Source: Octopus vulgaris
Taxonomy: Eukaryota
Direction of reading: 5' to 3'
Assembly: GCA_951406725.2 (NCBI GenBank)
Contig: OX597831.1
Span: 11,408,001 to 11,472,000, forward strand
DNA length: 64,000 nt
Part shown: positions 16,881 to 30,036 of the stretch, in pieces
How positions within the stretch are numbered: the stretch's first letter is position 1
How the letters are laid out: each line of letters starts with the position of its first letter
Made by a program: the position numbers and the translations under genes
Notes under the pieces: model-generated
Told to the model about the DNA's origin: nothing
What the model saw: only the letters and a program-made list of their open reading frames with translations
The model's database searches: none

Positions 16881-17680
16881 TATATATATATATATATATA
16901 TATATATACGGGCATCATACAAACACTTATGTTACATTGTGCATTTCGAAACTTCTACTTTCTAGTGACATTATCCATGCGATTTGAAAACAAGAACTCC
17001 CTCTGTGTTCATATTAAATGCAGCTACCCGTTTCTAGCAACATGTAGATATTTATACTTTAGCATGAAATTTGTATGTGTATATATATATATATAACAAA
17101 GTTGAGTTGTGGGGTATCGCACGAGTGGAATTATATACGAAAGAAGGTTTGAAAATGCAATTTAAAAGATGTGTATTTACTTAACCGGTTTCACTCTTTG
17201 GAAAAAGATTGTCAAAAGTAACATAGAATATTATGAATTCAAAAAAGTTTTTTACATAATTGCCACATTACATGTATATATACAGTCTTTGGTAACAGGG
17301 ACATGTTAAGGACATAAAGAAGTACAACAGTGTGATGCGAATATTTGAAAAAATGGGCAGAAAAGAATAAAACAAATATATTATTGGAAGTTTGGTTGCG
17401 TTAATTATTGGTTGTTGCAAATTGCCACATTACATATATATATGTATGTATGTATGTACGTAGATAAAAATAGGATGTGGTAGGGGTTCGATATAAGATT
17501 CTAAATTAATTTTGAGGAAAATATTACGTAAGCATTTACATACACACACGCACTTGCGCGCGCGCATACACACACACATATATATAAATATATCCTTCCC
17601 TACATGTCTAAATTTTGTATGTGCATGTGTATAATATCTATAAAATATATATATATGCATGTGTGCGCTTATATGTATAC

Positions 17681-17720
<40 letters not shown>

Positions 17721-17729
17721 GTCTTTATT

Positions 17730-17789
<60 letters not shown>

Positions 17790-17932
17790 TATATATATAT
17801 GTACACATTTATATATATATAAGTTAAGTGCAATATAGAAGTGAGCTTGCGGTCCCAACGATTAAGTAATTTCTCGGATTACTGCTTGTTGATTAATGAG
17901 AGGCAGAAACTATGCGGAAGCCGTCTGTGTAA

Positions 17933-18333
17933 GGACTTGTCTCAAACTTTATCACCGAGAGTTACACAAACACTAGAACATGGCGCCACTGCATAGCGCC
18001 AAGGACTCCAAATTTGCCATCAAGATATAGGACAAGATACAGCAACAGCTTGGGCTTTAATTGGACCACAGCTCTTCAAAATCCTCCCGAAGGGCTTGAG
18101 AGATATGCATGGGGCGGATGTAGGTGTCTTCAAAATGAAACTGGACCTCTTACTGTCAAGTGTCCCAGATGAACCAACTTCACACTAGAAGGTGCAGATG
18201 AAGCCAGCGGTATCAAATTCCATCATGCACCAAATTGTCAATTTCTAAAAAAAATTAATGAAGTAAAATTATGTAGCAGCATGGCCACAGCAAATGAGCT
18301 GAAAACAGATCAAATGAAATCAAAATATCAAAT
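17933..18333 (+). mobile_element. CR1/L2-group LINE, ORF2 C-terminus and 3' UTR relic
   Basis: Manual translation with one frameshift: GLVSNFITESYTNTRTWRHCIAP...YSNSLGF / GPQLFKILPKGLRDMHGADVGVFKMKLDLLLSSVPDEP; LFxxLP...FKxKLD is typical of CR1/L2-group ORF2 ends. Confidence 0.7.
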
Positions 18334-18334
18334 C

Positions 18335-18383
<49 letters not shown>

Positions 18384-18431
18384 TAAATATATAAATATAA
18401 ATATATATATATAAATATAAATATATAAATG

Positions 18432-18513
<82 letters not shown>

Positions 18514-18636
18514 CTTAAGACACTTAAGACGGTGCCGTAGAATGCCTAAAGCCCGTTGACTAGAATCAATAAGAGATCATATGTCCGTGTATGTTTGTGT
18601 ATGTATATATATGTATGTAAGTATGCATTTAGCCAC

Positions 18637-18670
<34 letters not shown>

Positions 18671-18735
18671 GTGTATAAAATACATATTTTCTACAAGGCA
18701 TCGAAGAATATGTTTCCGGCATGTCTAATCAATTC

Positions 18736-18975
18736 GGCGGTTTGGCGAAATACTTAGCGCGCCGGACACATTACTTGAAAGACGTATCATATGTCTTTAC
18801 GTCATGAGTTCAAACTCCGCCAAAAGGCGAAGACGACTTTGCCTTTCAACCGTTTGGCGTTGATTAAAAAAAGTACCACTTATGCACTGGAGTCGATGTA
18901 ATCGACTTAATGTCCTCCACCAAATTTGAGGCCTTGTGCTTCAGTAGAATGGAGTATTCCAGTAGAATGGAGTAT
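18736..18975 (+). mobile_element. SINE family B, degraded, with (ATT)n tail
   Basis: GAGTTCAAACTCC B box; GACTTTGCCTTTCA...AAGTACCA...GCACTGGAGTCGATGTAATCGACT matches 42434-42668. Confidence 0.75.
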
Positions 18976-18989
18976 TATTATTATTATTA

Positions 18990-19050
<61 letters not shown>

Positions 19051-19058
19051 TACAATTT

Positions 19059-19120
<62 letters not shown>

Positions 19121-19123
<3 letters not shown>

Positions 19124-19313
19124 TTTTTGTTTCTTCTTTCAAATTTGCTTCCATTTCTTGCCGAGTGTCTTCCCGACTCCTAGGGCAAAGAAACTCATAG
19201 TATACATTGGTAGGCCATTAAACCAAACTCAATAGTTCGTTCATTTTTTTATTTTTTTTTAAAGTTAAATTAAAATACATGAGCAGCAACAGTTCTCACA
19301 TCGACAATGCTCG
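19121..19313 (-). mobile_element. Probable R4/Dong-type 3' end inserted in (TAA)n
   Basis: Flanked on both sides by (ATT)n; minus strand CCTAGGAGTCGGGAAGACACTCGGC then A-rich sequence into (TAA)n; family assignment is from recalled resemblance only. Confidence 0.4.
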
Positions 19314-19387
<74 letters not shown>

Positions 19388-19415
19388 CATCATTATCATT
19401 ATTATTATTAGTTAA

Positions 19416-19600
19416 GCGAGTGCGCTGGCAGGATAGTTAGCACGCCGGATGAAATGCCTTGTAGCATTTCACCTGTCTTTAGATTCTGAGTTCGAATTCT
19501 GCCGCGGTCGACTCAGCATTTCATCCTTTTAGGGTCGATAAATTAAGAACCACTCTCCCCAAATCTAAGGCCTTGTACCTTTTGTGGAAATATTTATTAT
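19416..19600 (+). mobile_element. SINE family B, internally deleted
   Basis: TTCTGAGTTCGAATTCTGCCGCGGTCGACTCAGCATTTCATCCTTTTAGGGTCGATAAATTAAG. Confidence 0.8.
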
Positions 19601-20036
19601 ATAATAATTCCATATTTCGGTTATGTTCCACATGTTCCCGTGTGTGTATGTATATATATATATATATATATATGACAAGAGTTCGGTCGGTCCTCAGGCT
19701 ATGGTAGAAAACGCTTGCTCAACTTGTCACAGTGTGGGACTGAACTCAAGTACACAGTCAGGAACTAAGTTTATTTCTTTCTGTGTCTACTTATAGAAAT
19801 GTAGTGAGGGTGCAGTGAGGGTGCAAGTGAGGGTGCAATGAGGGTGTGAACGTCCTGACGAACGAGATGGAGCGTCTCCAATAAACAGATATTGCAGACC
19901 ATCTGGATTCTAGCCTCAAGAATTGTATTTTATCGTTTGAGGATTTATAGCGACCGAATGACTCACCAGCTTCCTATATGCAATTACGCCTGTACGTACA
20001 CACAAACAAACACACACAAACACACAATTACACACT

Positions 20037-20076
<40 letters not shown>

Positions 20077-20183
20077 CATACACACATATGCATATACATA
20101 CACATACATATATGTGTATAAATATATTTATACACAACCACACACGCACACGTGTATGTATTCACATACACACAAGCAGTTAT

Positions 20184-20227
<44 letters not shown>

Positions 20228-20792
20228 GAATAAACACCTCGTATATAGTCGTGGGGCGAATTCAATAAGCAGTCCATCATTTCTTCACACAGTGACTGAC
20301 CAATTTCTTTTCTGTAGAGAACCACTGGAACGGAATTGGTTAGTGATTGTGAGAGGAGAAATATTGCTCTGTCGAATTCCTGAATATGAACATATAGATG
20401 AAACACAAAGAAATGTATTGATATATAAGTTTATATATGTGTATATATGCATATACACATACACACACACACTTACACACGCACACACATATATATATAT
20501 ATAAACATGCTATAAATCATGTAGACTTGTATATGTTTATATACATAAATATATTTTTATATGATACTATATATGTGTATATATGTATATGTAAATACGA
20601 ACAAATAAATATACGCGTATTTGTGCATTTATCTATGGATGTGCATGTATTTACTTAACCACATACATATATACATACGCTCACACACATATACATATAC
20701 ATATATATATATGCAAAAAGGTCTACATAGGTGAATCAAATTGCTTGTGTAAATATGTGAGTTTATGTATGCATGCATGAATGTGTGTATGC

Positions 20793-20919
<127 letters not shown>

Positions 20920-21054
20920 ACATATAAATAAATAAACAGATTTTGTGTGTGTACGTGTTTGAGTGCTTATATATCAATCAGTAAATATATGTATATATAA
21001 TTTTATACGCTCCCAGTAACAATACACACATCCGTATCCACTTAAAATTCTATC

Positions 21055-21112
<58 letters not shown>

Positions 21113-21280
21113 TATGTAATTACATACGTATGTATATATGCATAAAATCATAGATATATGCATATCATACACGCACACACACAGACACAAAAATACACAC
21201 ACACATATATATCCATATGTATGTTTATATGTATGTATCGACGCGAAGACGGACATGACTGCATATATATATATATATAC

Positions 21281-21433
<153 letters not shown>

Positions 21434-21452
21434 TATACATATTAAAAAAAAA

Positions 21453-21525
<73 letters not shown>

Positions 21526-21555
21526 ATATATATATATTATATTATTTTTTTTTTT

Positions 21556-21586
<31 letters not shown>

Positions 21587-21947
21587 CATGTTGTCCACAG
21601 CTTTCCAACATGGCTTGTGCTGCTCAGATGTTAGAAGGCAATACGGAGGGAAATTATGGATCTGCTTGTATTACGAGCTGCGTTAACGAAATACAAACAA
21701 CCACCAGCCAGCACGCTTCTCTCTCTACACACATACACTGCGTGTGTGTGTGTGTGTGTGTGCGTGTCTGTGTGTATACATACATGCACACACATATACA
21801 CACACATACATACACACATTGTGCAATTGATGCACTTTTTCCGTTCGTATGTGCAATCATTATTGTTTTGTGCATTTACTAAGCATTTTTTTTCACTTAT
21901 TAAGTAATGGAGCGCATATGTGTGTGCGTGTGTGTGTGTTTGTGTGT

Positions 21948-21995
<48 letters not shown>

Positions 21996-22185
21996 GTATA
22001 TATATGTATATGTATATAGCATAATGTATTTATATATATATATTTTTTATATGCATATATATATATATATATGTGTATATATATATGTATGTATATATAT
22101 ATATATATGTGCGTGTGTGTGTGTGTGTGTGTGCGTGAGTTTGTATGTATATATGTGTGATTTTGTACATATATATGTGTGTGAA

Positions 22186-22218
<33 letters not shown>

Positions 22219-22285
22219 GATGACAAATGTACTTATATATCTATGTACGTATTTGTTTGTATGTCAATGCCCGTGTTTGCTTTCA

Positions 22286-22317
<32 letters not shown>

Positions 22318-22337
22318 CGTGTGTGTGTGGACAACGG

Positions 22338-22686
22338 TCATGCTGGGGCAATGCCTTGAATTAATTAATCTAACAAATCGACCTCAATACTTATACTTAT
22401 TTTATGGTTCTTAGCTGAAACGTTAAGTTACGGGGATGTAAGCAAACCAACTGCGGTTGACAAGGGATGGCGGTAGAAAAAATCCTAAGAGAGACGCACG
22501 TCGTCTAACACACTCACACACGCACACATATGTAGACAAGGAGCTTCTTACAATCTCCATTTATCAAATGCACTCACAGAGGCTTTAATTGGCCCGGGGT
22601 TATATTAGACAACATTTATGGAATTTGTGGAATTGAAACAGAAACCTCATATTTGGAAGGGAAGCTCCACATCTACACAGCCACGT
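22338..22686 (-). mobile_element. SINE family A, old near full-length copy
   Basis: CATGCTGGGGCAATGCC...AAGTTACGGGGATGTAA...CACTCACA...CACAGCCAC colinear with the reverse complement of family A. Confidence 0.7.
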
Positions 22687-22779
22687 ATATATATCAATAA
22701 AGAAAAATACCTCTCCATGGTGACTTAACTGCTACTTTTAGCACCACAACTGCAATATGAAGGAAATTCCTCTGTTAGG

Positions 22780-22983
22780 GCATGGTGGCATCAGACAAAC
22801 CTTTGAGCGACATTTTGTCCAGCTGCTTATGAGTTCAAATACAGCCGAGGCCCGTTTTACCTTTTATCCTTTTCAGAAGGATAAAATAGAATACCGGGGA
22901 AGTGCTGGAATCACTGTAGTCGACTTAATCCCTCCCCTCAAAACTGCGGCTCCTGTGCCAAAATTAGATAGAATTATATGATT
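22780..22983 (+). mobile_element. SINE family B, old copy
   Basis: GAGTTCAAATACAGCCGAGG...CCTTTTATCCTTT...GTCGACTTAATCCCTC. Confidence 0.6.
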
Positions 22984-23066
22984 ATTTTATCAACACCCGA
23001 AACTGTAAATCCTTTGGGATTACAAAGGGAAAGTGAGTAGCTTCCAGCCTCAGGGAAGTACCGCAT

Positions 23067-23137
<71 letters not shown>

Positions 23138-23358
23138 CGGGAGTATGATGCCTTGTTTATGGTTATGTGGAAACTGGGCCTGCAAAAAATAGCAGCAGTT
23201 TATCCGGAAACATAATATTATTTAGGCAATGCTTGATTTAGTAACAATAAAAACAGACAATACGCGTAAAATCGTAAATTTACAAACACACAGGCGCGCT
23301 CGAGGCCCCCACCACACGCCCACACACATATACACATATAAATTCCTATATATGTATG

Positions 23359-23405
<47 letters not shown>

Positions 23406-23671
23406 GGCAAAGTAATTTATTTTACTAAGCCCTAATTATATAATATATATATATATATACATACATATATTTATGTATATATGTATATATGTGTGTGTGT
23501 ATAATGTATGTGTGTGTGTATGTATATATATATATATGTATATATATGCATATATGAATACATATGTATGTATATATATATTATTTATATAATTATATGA
23601 TTGAACGCCACACATCCATTTCCAAGTAAGTTTTATCTCTCTTTCTCACTGTCTCTCTCGCTCTCTCTCAC

Positions 23672-23736
<65 letters not shown>

Positions 23737-23893
23737 GTATGTATGTATGTACTGTTCAAAACACACATATAGATCGATCGAAAGACAGATAGATTGATAC
23801 ATAGATATATAGACACATACATAAATACATTCATTTAAAGATAGACTCATACATAAGTATATACACATATATAGGCGCACGCACATACACACT

Positions 23894-23936
<43 letters not shown>

Positions 23937-24000
23937 TACAATTTCTAAAGAGTATTTGAGTTCGGTTAACAGAGGGCCAGATCTCTAGAAATGCATTATA

Positions 24001-24032
24001 CAGGGGTGTTCAGTGAAGCGTGGACACCCCTG
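24001..24032. mobile_element. 32-bp Tc1/mariner-type mini-element (TIRs only) flanked by TA
   Basis: TA|CAGGGGTGTTCA-gtgaagcg-TGGACACCCCTG|TA; 11 of 12 positions inverted-complementary. Confidence 0.5.
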
Positions 24033-24375
24033 TATACACATACATTCTTTAGATAAAAGGTGCGAGATAAATGGATTTATGTTAAGATATTTACTTAATC
24101 CTTTCAGCCATGCGCTTGCGGTCATGCTGGAGCAGCACCGTGGATTTTGTACTTTTACGAATCATTCTTCTTAGGCCGATTTCTTCAGAGTGGCAGGATT
24201 TCATATCTCCATTCCTCTATGAGCTTTTTCCATTCGTTGCTGGCCCATTTGGTGTAGGAAGGAGTTTCACTTTATCCTCCTTCCTCTGTACCTCACACCG
24301 GGATACATACATACATACATGCACACATACATACATACATACATACATACATACATACATACATACATACATACA

Positions 24376-24408
<33 letters not shown>

Positions 24409-24424
24409 GTTTGTTGAGCTCTGC

Positions 24425-24578
24425 ACATTTTTCTTCTCCAGTTTTCTCATCTCAATCTTTTCCGTTAAAAAGCGTAGGTTCGAAACGTAAAAGGCATTTT
24501 CATTCTTCCCAAGTGTCAAACTAATACACCTGCTTCTTATACTACACCTGTCTTCGTCTTTTATTTTCTGTAAATTTG
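24425..24578 (+). repeat. Family E: Penelope-like terminal repeat with decayed minimal hammerhead, copy 1
   Basis: Colinear with 55270-55435; TTT-CCGTTAA-A-AAGC-GTAG-GTTC-GAAA-CG-TA-AAAG at 24457-24493. Confidence 0.6.
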
Positions 24579-24613
24579 GTCGATATATATATATATATAT
24601 CTTTAAATGTAAG

Positions 24614-24657
<44 letters not shown>

Positions 24658-24670
24658 CGTGTGTGTGTGT

Positions 24671-24779
24671 AAACCCTCCTTCTTTCCTTCTTTCCTTCTT
24701 TCCTGAACGTCCAATAACACTATATTTGTTCCACGTCCTCGCGTTGTTTTGTTTTCTCTTTGTGATTTCATGTTTGGAT

Positions 24780-24785
<6 letters not shown>
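24671..24785 (+). repeat. Family F 3' portion (inverse of 28893-28960)
   Basis: CCTGAACGTCCAATAACACTATATTTGTTCCACGTCCTCGCG is the near reverse complement of CGCGAGGACGTGGAACAAATAAAGTATTATTGGACGCTCAGG. Confidence 0.7.
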
Positions 24786-24824
<39 letters not shown>

Positions 24825-24826
<2 letters not shown>

Positions 24827-25030
24827 GAGCGGTTGCTGAAAAGTTCCTGATTTTAAAGGTTTCGTGACTACGCGGCAGACCCGGTTAGAGGCTCAAACGT
24901 CCAAGTTCTTTTACAGGGCTTAGAAAAGTGTGTGAATCCGAGAGGGGAAATATGTTGAATAAAATCGTAATTCACAGATCCTTCTGTATTTTCTTTTACC
25001 CGAAGCCAGGAACCTTTCAGCAGGGACCTA
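24825..25030 (+). mobile_element. Mariner-derived MITE / internal-deletion derivative
   Basis: TIR cores TGCTGAAAAGTTCCTG / CAGGAACCTTTCAGCA; internal TGTGTGAATCCGAGAGGGGAAATATGTTGAATAA reads about CVNPRGE-YVE*, like the mariner C-terminal C(V/I)xxxGxY(V/F)E*. Confidence 0.7.
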
Positions 25031-25220
25031 TGTCCGGACACTTAGACTAAAGTACTGAAAGATAAGAATGAAAGTCAATGAAATATTTAATGCATAATCA
25101 TTAGTCCGACAAAATATATTTTGTTTCGCCCAGGGTTGATGGGGAACAATTCTCAGTGAACTGAAAGCGAAAGAGATTATATTTTGTCGCATTAACGATT
25201 ATGGATTAAATATTGCATAT
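25029..25220. repeat. Family G palindromic element, copy 1
   Basis: Inverted arms 25082-25129 and 25167-25214; colinear copy at 28350-28542. Confidence 0.75.
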
Positions 25221-25598
25221 ATATATTTATATATATATATATATAAATATATATATACACGCGCGCACGCGCGATACCGGAGTACCTTCCTTTTATTATC
25301 TTCAAATTCGCAACTAAAGTTCCTTCACTCGCACGCTCTCACACATGTACAGACCACTAAAGAAGGTTCTGCTGTGTCTGAAGGAGGAATTAAGGAAGAA
25401 AAAGTAGATGCAATAATTGGCTATATATGAAGGGACTCAATGACCTGGAGTTCCGTACGAAGTTGTGCATCCGTAGGTCTTTGCTCGTTATGAAACCCAA
25501 ATATAAGTTATATACAGATATATGCATCCTACATATGCATATAGGTATGTATATTGCGCGTATATATATCTATATATCTATATATCTATATATCTATA

Positions 25599-25634
<36 letters not shown>

Positions 25635-25760
25635 GAGTGTGAGATACATAAATACATACATAAATGCATACATACACACATACATACATACATACATACA
25701 TACATACATACATACATACATACATACTTACATACATGCATACATACACACGTACATGGA

Positions 25761-25764
25761 TAGG

Positions 25765-25846
<82 letters not shown>
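25761..25846. repeat. (GATA)n
   Basis: Directly visible. Confidence 0.95.
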
Positions 25847-25847
<1 letters not shown>

Positions 25848-25849
25848 AA

Positions 25850-26432
25850 ATATGTTCTACTCTGGGCGAAATGACCGGAATTTTGGAAGAGGGGGCCAGT
25901 CGATTATATCGACCCCAGTGCGTAACTGGTACTTATTTAATCGACCCCGAAAGGATGAAAGGCGAAGTCGACCTCAGCCGAATATAAACTCAGAACGTAA
26001 AGGCAGACGAAACACCTAATTCTTTACTACCCACAAGGGGCTAAACACAGAGTAGACAAACAAGGACAGACAAAGGGATTAAGTCGATTATATCGATCAC
26101 AGTCCGTAACTGGTACTTATTTAATCGACCCCGAAAGGATGAAAGGCAAAGTCGACCTCAGCCGAATATAAACTCAGAACGTAAAGGCAGACCAAACACC
26201 TAATTCTTTACTACCCACAAGGGGCTAAACACAGAGTAGACAAACAAGGACAGACAAAGGGATTAAGTCGATTATATCGATCACAGTCCGTAACTGGTAC
26301 TTATTCAATCGACCCCGAAAGGATGAAAGGCAAAGTCGACCTCTGCGGAATTTGAACTCAGAACGTAACGACAGACGAAATACTGCTAAGCATTTCGGCC
26401 GGCTTGCTAACGTTTCTGCAAGCTCAACGCCT
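25850..26432 (-). mobile_element. SINE family B trimer (184-bp period) inside (GATA)n
   Basis: AGTCGATTATATCGA at 25898, 26082 and 26266; a single tRNA-like head at about 26345-26432. Confidence 0.85.
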
Positions 26433-26462
26433 TAGATAGATAGATAGATATATTGACAGAGG

Positions 26463-26526
<64 letters not shown>

Positions 26527-26538
26527 TATTGACAGAGG

Positions 26539-26606
<68 letters not shown>

Positions 26607-26618
26607 TATTGACAGAGG

Positions 26619-26688
<70 letters not shown>
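26433..26688. repeat. (GATA)n with higher-order spacer TATTGACAGAGG
   Basis: Spacer at 26451, 26527 and 26607. Confidence 0.9.
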
Positions 26689-26792
26689 GGCGTTTATATA
26701 ACTATTTATATAAATAAAGACACAAAAGAATATAATTCATAAATTTTTAATGGGAATGCCTAAATATGTATATATATATATATATATATATT

Positions 26793-26847
<55 letters not shown>

Positions 26848-27170
26848 GTATGTATATATATATGTATATATATACATATACATATACTATATATATATAA
26901 TACATGTGCATGCATGTGCGTGTGAGTGGGTGTACAGATACATGTATGGAAATTTTAAAGCGCATGTTTACGTGAAGACGAATATGTATTTATATATGTG
27001 TGTATGTGTCTGTGTGTGTGTATGTATATATATTTATATATAGACACATATATAAGTATATATGCATGTATATATATATATATATATATATACATATATA
27101 GATATGTATATATATATACGTATATTTATAGGCATGAGTGTGAATGGATCTTTGCGTATATATATATATA

Positions 27171-27205
<35 letters not shown>

Positions 27206-27843
27206 AAGAAGGGTAGTAATATTATTTACTACCAGGTTTCTTATATATATATATATATATATACACACACATGAAATACATGCATATATGTAAACCCTTA
27301 TTATTTAATATAAGTGTATAGGTTGATACATAACTCTCAGTGTGTGTGTGTGTGAGTGAGTGTATATTTAACTATACTTCTGTCTTATATATATATATAG
27401 CTGTATATATCAATGTATATTTTGAAGTTTTATATATATATATATATATATATCTTCGCGTGTGTCTAAACAATTTGATTACAACACATACACATATAAA
27501 CTGCATAATAATTAGACGCCGACACATAAACACATACACACATAGAAAAAAGATGACACTTACATACACACATTCGTACAATACGCACACATACATGGAT
27601 GCATATATATATATATATACATACATACACTTGATAAATGTCAATGCCCGAAACTCTAGACTCTTGAGTCACTCTGTAATATCGGGTCATTATTAATAGC
27701 ACAAGTATTTATATTTATATTTTGAGCTCTATTTTCCTGTTAGGTTCACAAAAACTTATGTATATACATAATTACAATCATAATTACAATATATATATAT
27801 ATATATATATATGTACGTATATGTATATATATACATATGTATG

Positions 27844-27886
<43 letters not shown>

Positions 27887-28011
27887 GCATATACGTACAT
27901 ATATATATATATATTATTATATGCATACATTTATATACTTATATTATAAGTACATACACACTAATACATATATATATATACACATACATATATATATATA
28001 CATATACGTAC

Positions 28012-28059
<48 letters not shown>

Positions 28060-28349
28060 ATGTACATATAATATAGGTATATAAATGTATGCATACATAT
28101 TATCTATATATTTATATATATATATATATAAACATGCACCCCCCCCACACACACACACATACATATAAGTATATCCGTCTCTTTATCAATCGGTCTATCT
28201 TTCAGTTGTCTGTCAGTATGCATGTCTGTCTGCCTGTAAGTATGTGAAGATGCGGATTCACGCGCACGCATGTGTGTGTGTGTGTGAGTGTATTTGTGTG
28301 TGTGTGTGTGTGTGTATTGTGTCAGGGCGTGATAAGTTCGAAAAGAAGT

Positions 28350-28542
28350 TATGTCCGGATACTTAAGTAGTCACAGATAAGAATGAGAGAATATGAAAAA
28401 AAATATTTAATCCAAAGTCGTTAGTCCGACAAAATATAGTTTGTTTCGTCTAGGATTGACGGGGAACAGTTCCCAGTGAACTGAAAGCGAAACAGATTAA
28501 ATATTTCGTCGGATTAACGATTATGGATTAAATATTGCATAT
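28350..28542. repeat. Family G palindromic element, copy 2
   Basis: Colinear with 25029-25220. Confidence 0.75.
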
Positions 28543-28855
28543 ATAAACACACATATACATATAGATATGTATATATTTTATTATGCCCTAGCAAGAATAG
28601 AATTCACAGTGAGTTCGAAGTTTTGGCAAACTAATCCATCATCGAACTAAGTTATGCATAAAAACATCCGATGATGGTTTAGGTAGCAGAGACTTCGAAG
28701 TCACTCTCAACAGTATACTTATTACAGAATAATAAATTTTGTAATCTACCAAATATATTGAATAAGCTTTCAGTTTAAAATTAGTTTTGACAAAAACAAA
28801 CACTGTGTACACACATACACATATTTGTACATATACACACACACACCTCTTTGTG

Positions 28856-28892
<37 letters not shown>

Positions 28893-28895
<3 letters not shown>

Positions 28896-29062
28896 CGCGA
28901 GGACGTGGAACAAATAAAGTATTATTGGACGCTCAGGAAAGAAGGGAAGAAGGAGGTTTTAACGTTTCGAGCGAAGCTCTTCGTCGGAAACATAGGAGAT
29001 GGAAAGATCCCGAGAAGGGAAGACAGAGGAAAAACATCGTCAGTGGTACTCACGAGGTCACA
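28893..29062 (-). mobile_element. Family F: Penelope-like terminal repeat with minimal hammerhead variant
   Basis: Minus 28991-28957: GTTT-CCGACGA-A-GAGC-TTC-GCTC-GAAA-CG-TT-AAA (U4 to C change, extra A after A9). Confidence 0.6.
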
Positions 29063-29075
29063 CACACACACACAC

Positions 29076-29135
<60 letters not shown>

Positions 29136-29491
29136 TAGATAGATAGATAGATAGATAAATAGAGAGAGAGAGAGAGAGAGAGATATGCTCACAGGCATAT
29201 GAATATACATACATACGTTTGTTTACAGGTGCATGGCAGTGTACTCAGTACATAATATGGAGTATCTATTACACATTAATAAAGAATCAGATTTAGAGTT
29301 CATTACGTCCGTCGTAGCAACTCAGAGTTTCATGTTTTATAGAACATAGGGATGACACCTGACAAATATTGCTTGGTTAGATCGATTAAGTGCGGATCAT
29401 TTGTGATTGTGCGCACGAGCTTGTGTGTGTGTATGTGTGTGTACACATACGCAAACACGCATTTACATATATACACACATATATACGAATG

Positions 29492-29543
<52 letters not shown>

Positions 29544-29606
29544 AACATACGTACATACATATACGTAATATATATATATGTATATGCATGTATACATGAA
29601 TTTATG

Positions 29607-29651
<45 letters not shown>

Positions 29652-29742
29652 ATAGATATTTTCTCTACATACATACATATTTACGTTTATCTTCAAATAC
29701 ATATATGCGGTATGTGTATGGCATATATACATACATACATGC

Positions 29743-29796
<54 letters not shown>

Positions 29797-29998
29797 ATAT
29801 ATATATGTGTGTGTTTATGTGCTATGTGTGTGTGAGGAGTGTGTGCACAACATTACATAACATAAAATAACATACATGAGGTATTTAAAAAACGATGGAA
29901 ATATGGAATACCCAAAATAGTAATAACACGAAATAATACAAAACAACGATAATGATTATTATAATGACTGTGATAATGATAGCAATAATAATAACAAC

Positions 29999-30036
<38 letters not shown>

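Noticed and set aside
19803-19846. Four copies of an 11-12-bp TGAGGGTG-containing unit as a telomere-like or G-quadruplex element
   Set aside because: Not TTAGGG; four GGG runs with 8-9-nt loops give only weak G4 potential; most simply a small tandem repeat.
25898-26400. Regularly spaced repeats suggesting a CRISPR array
   Set aside because: Whole 184-bp units repeat with no unique spacers; SINE-derived, eukaryotic context.
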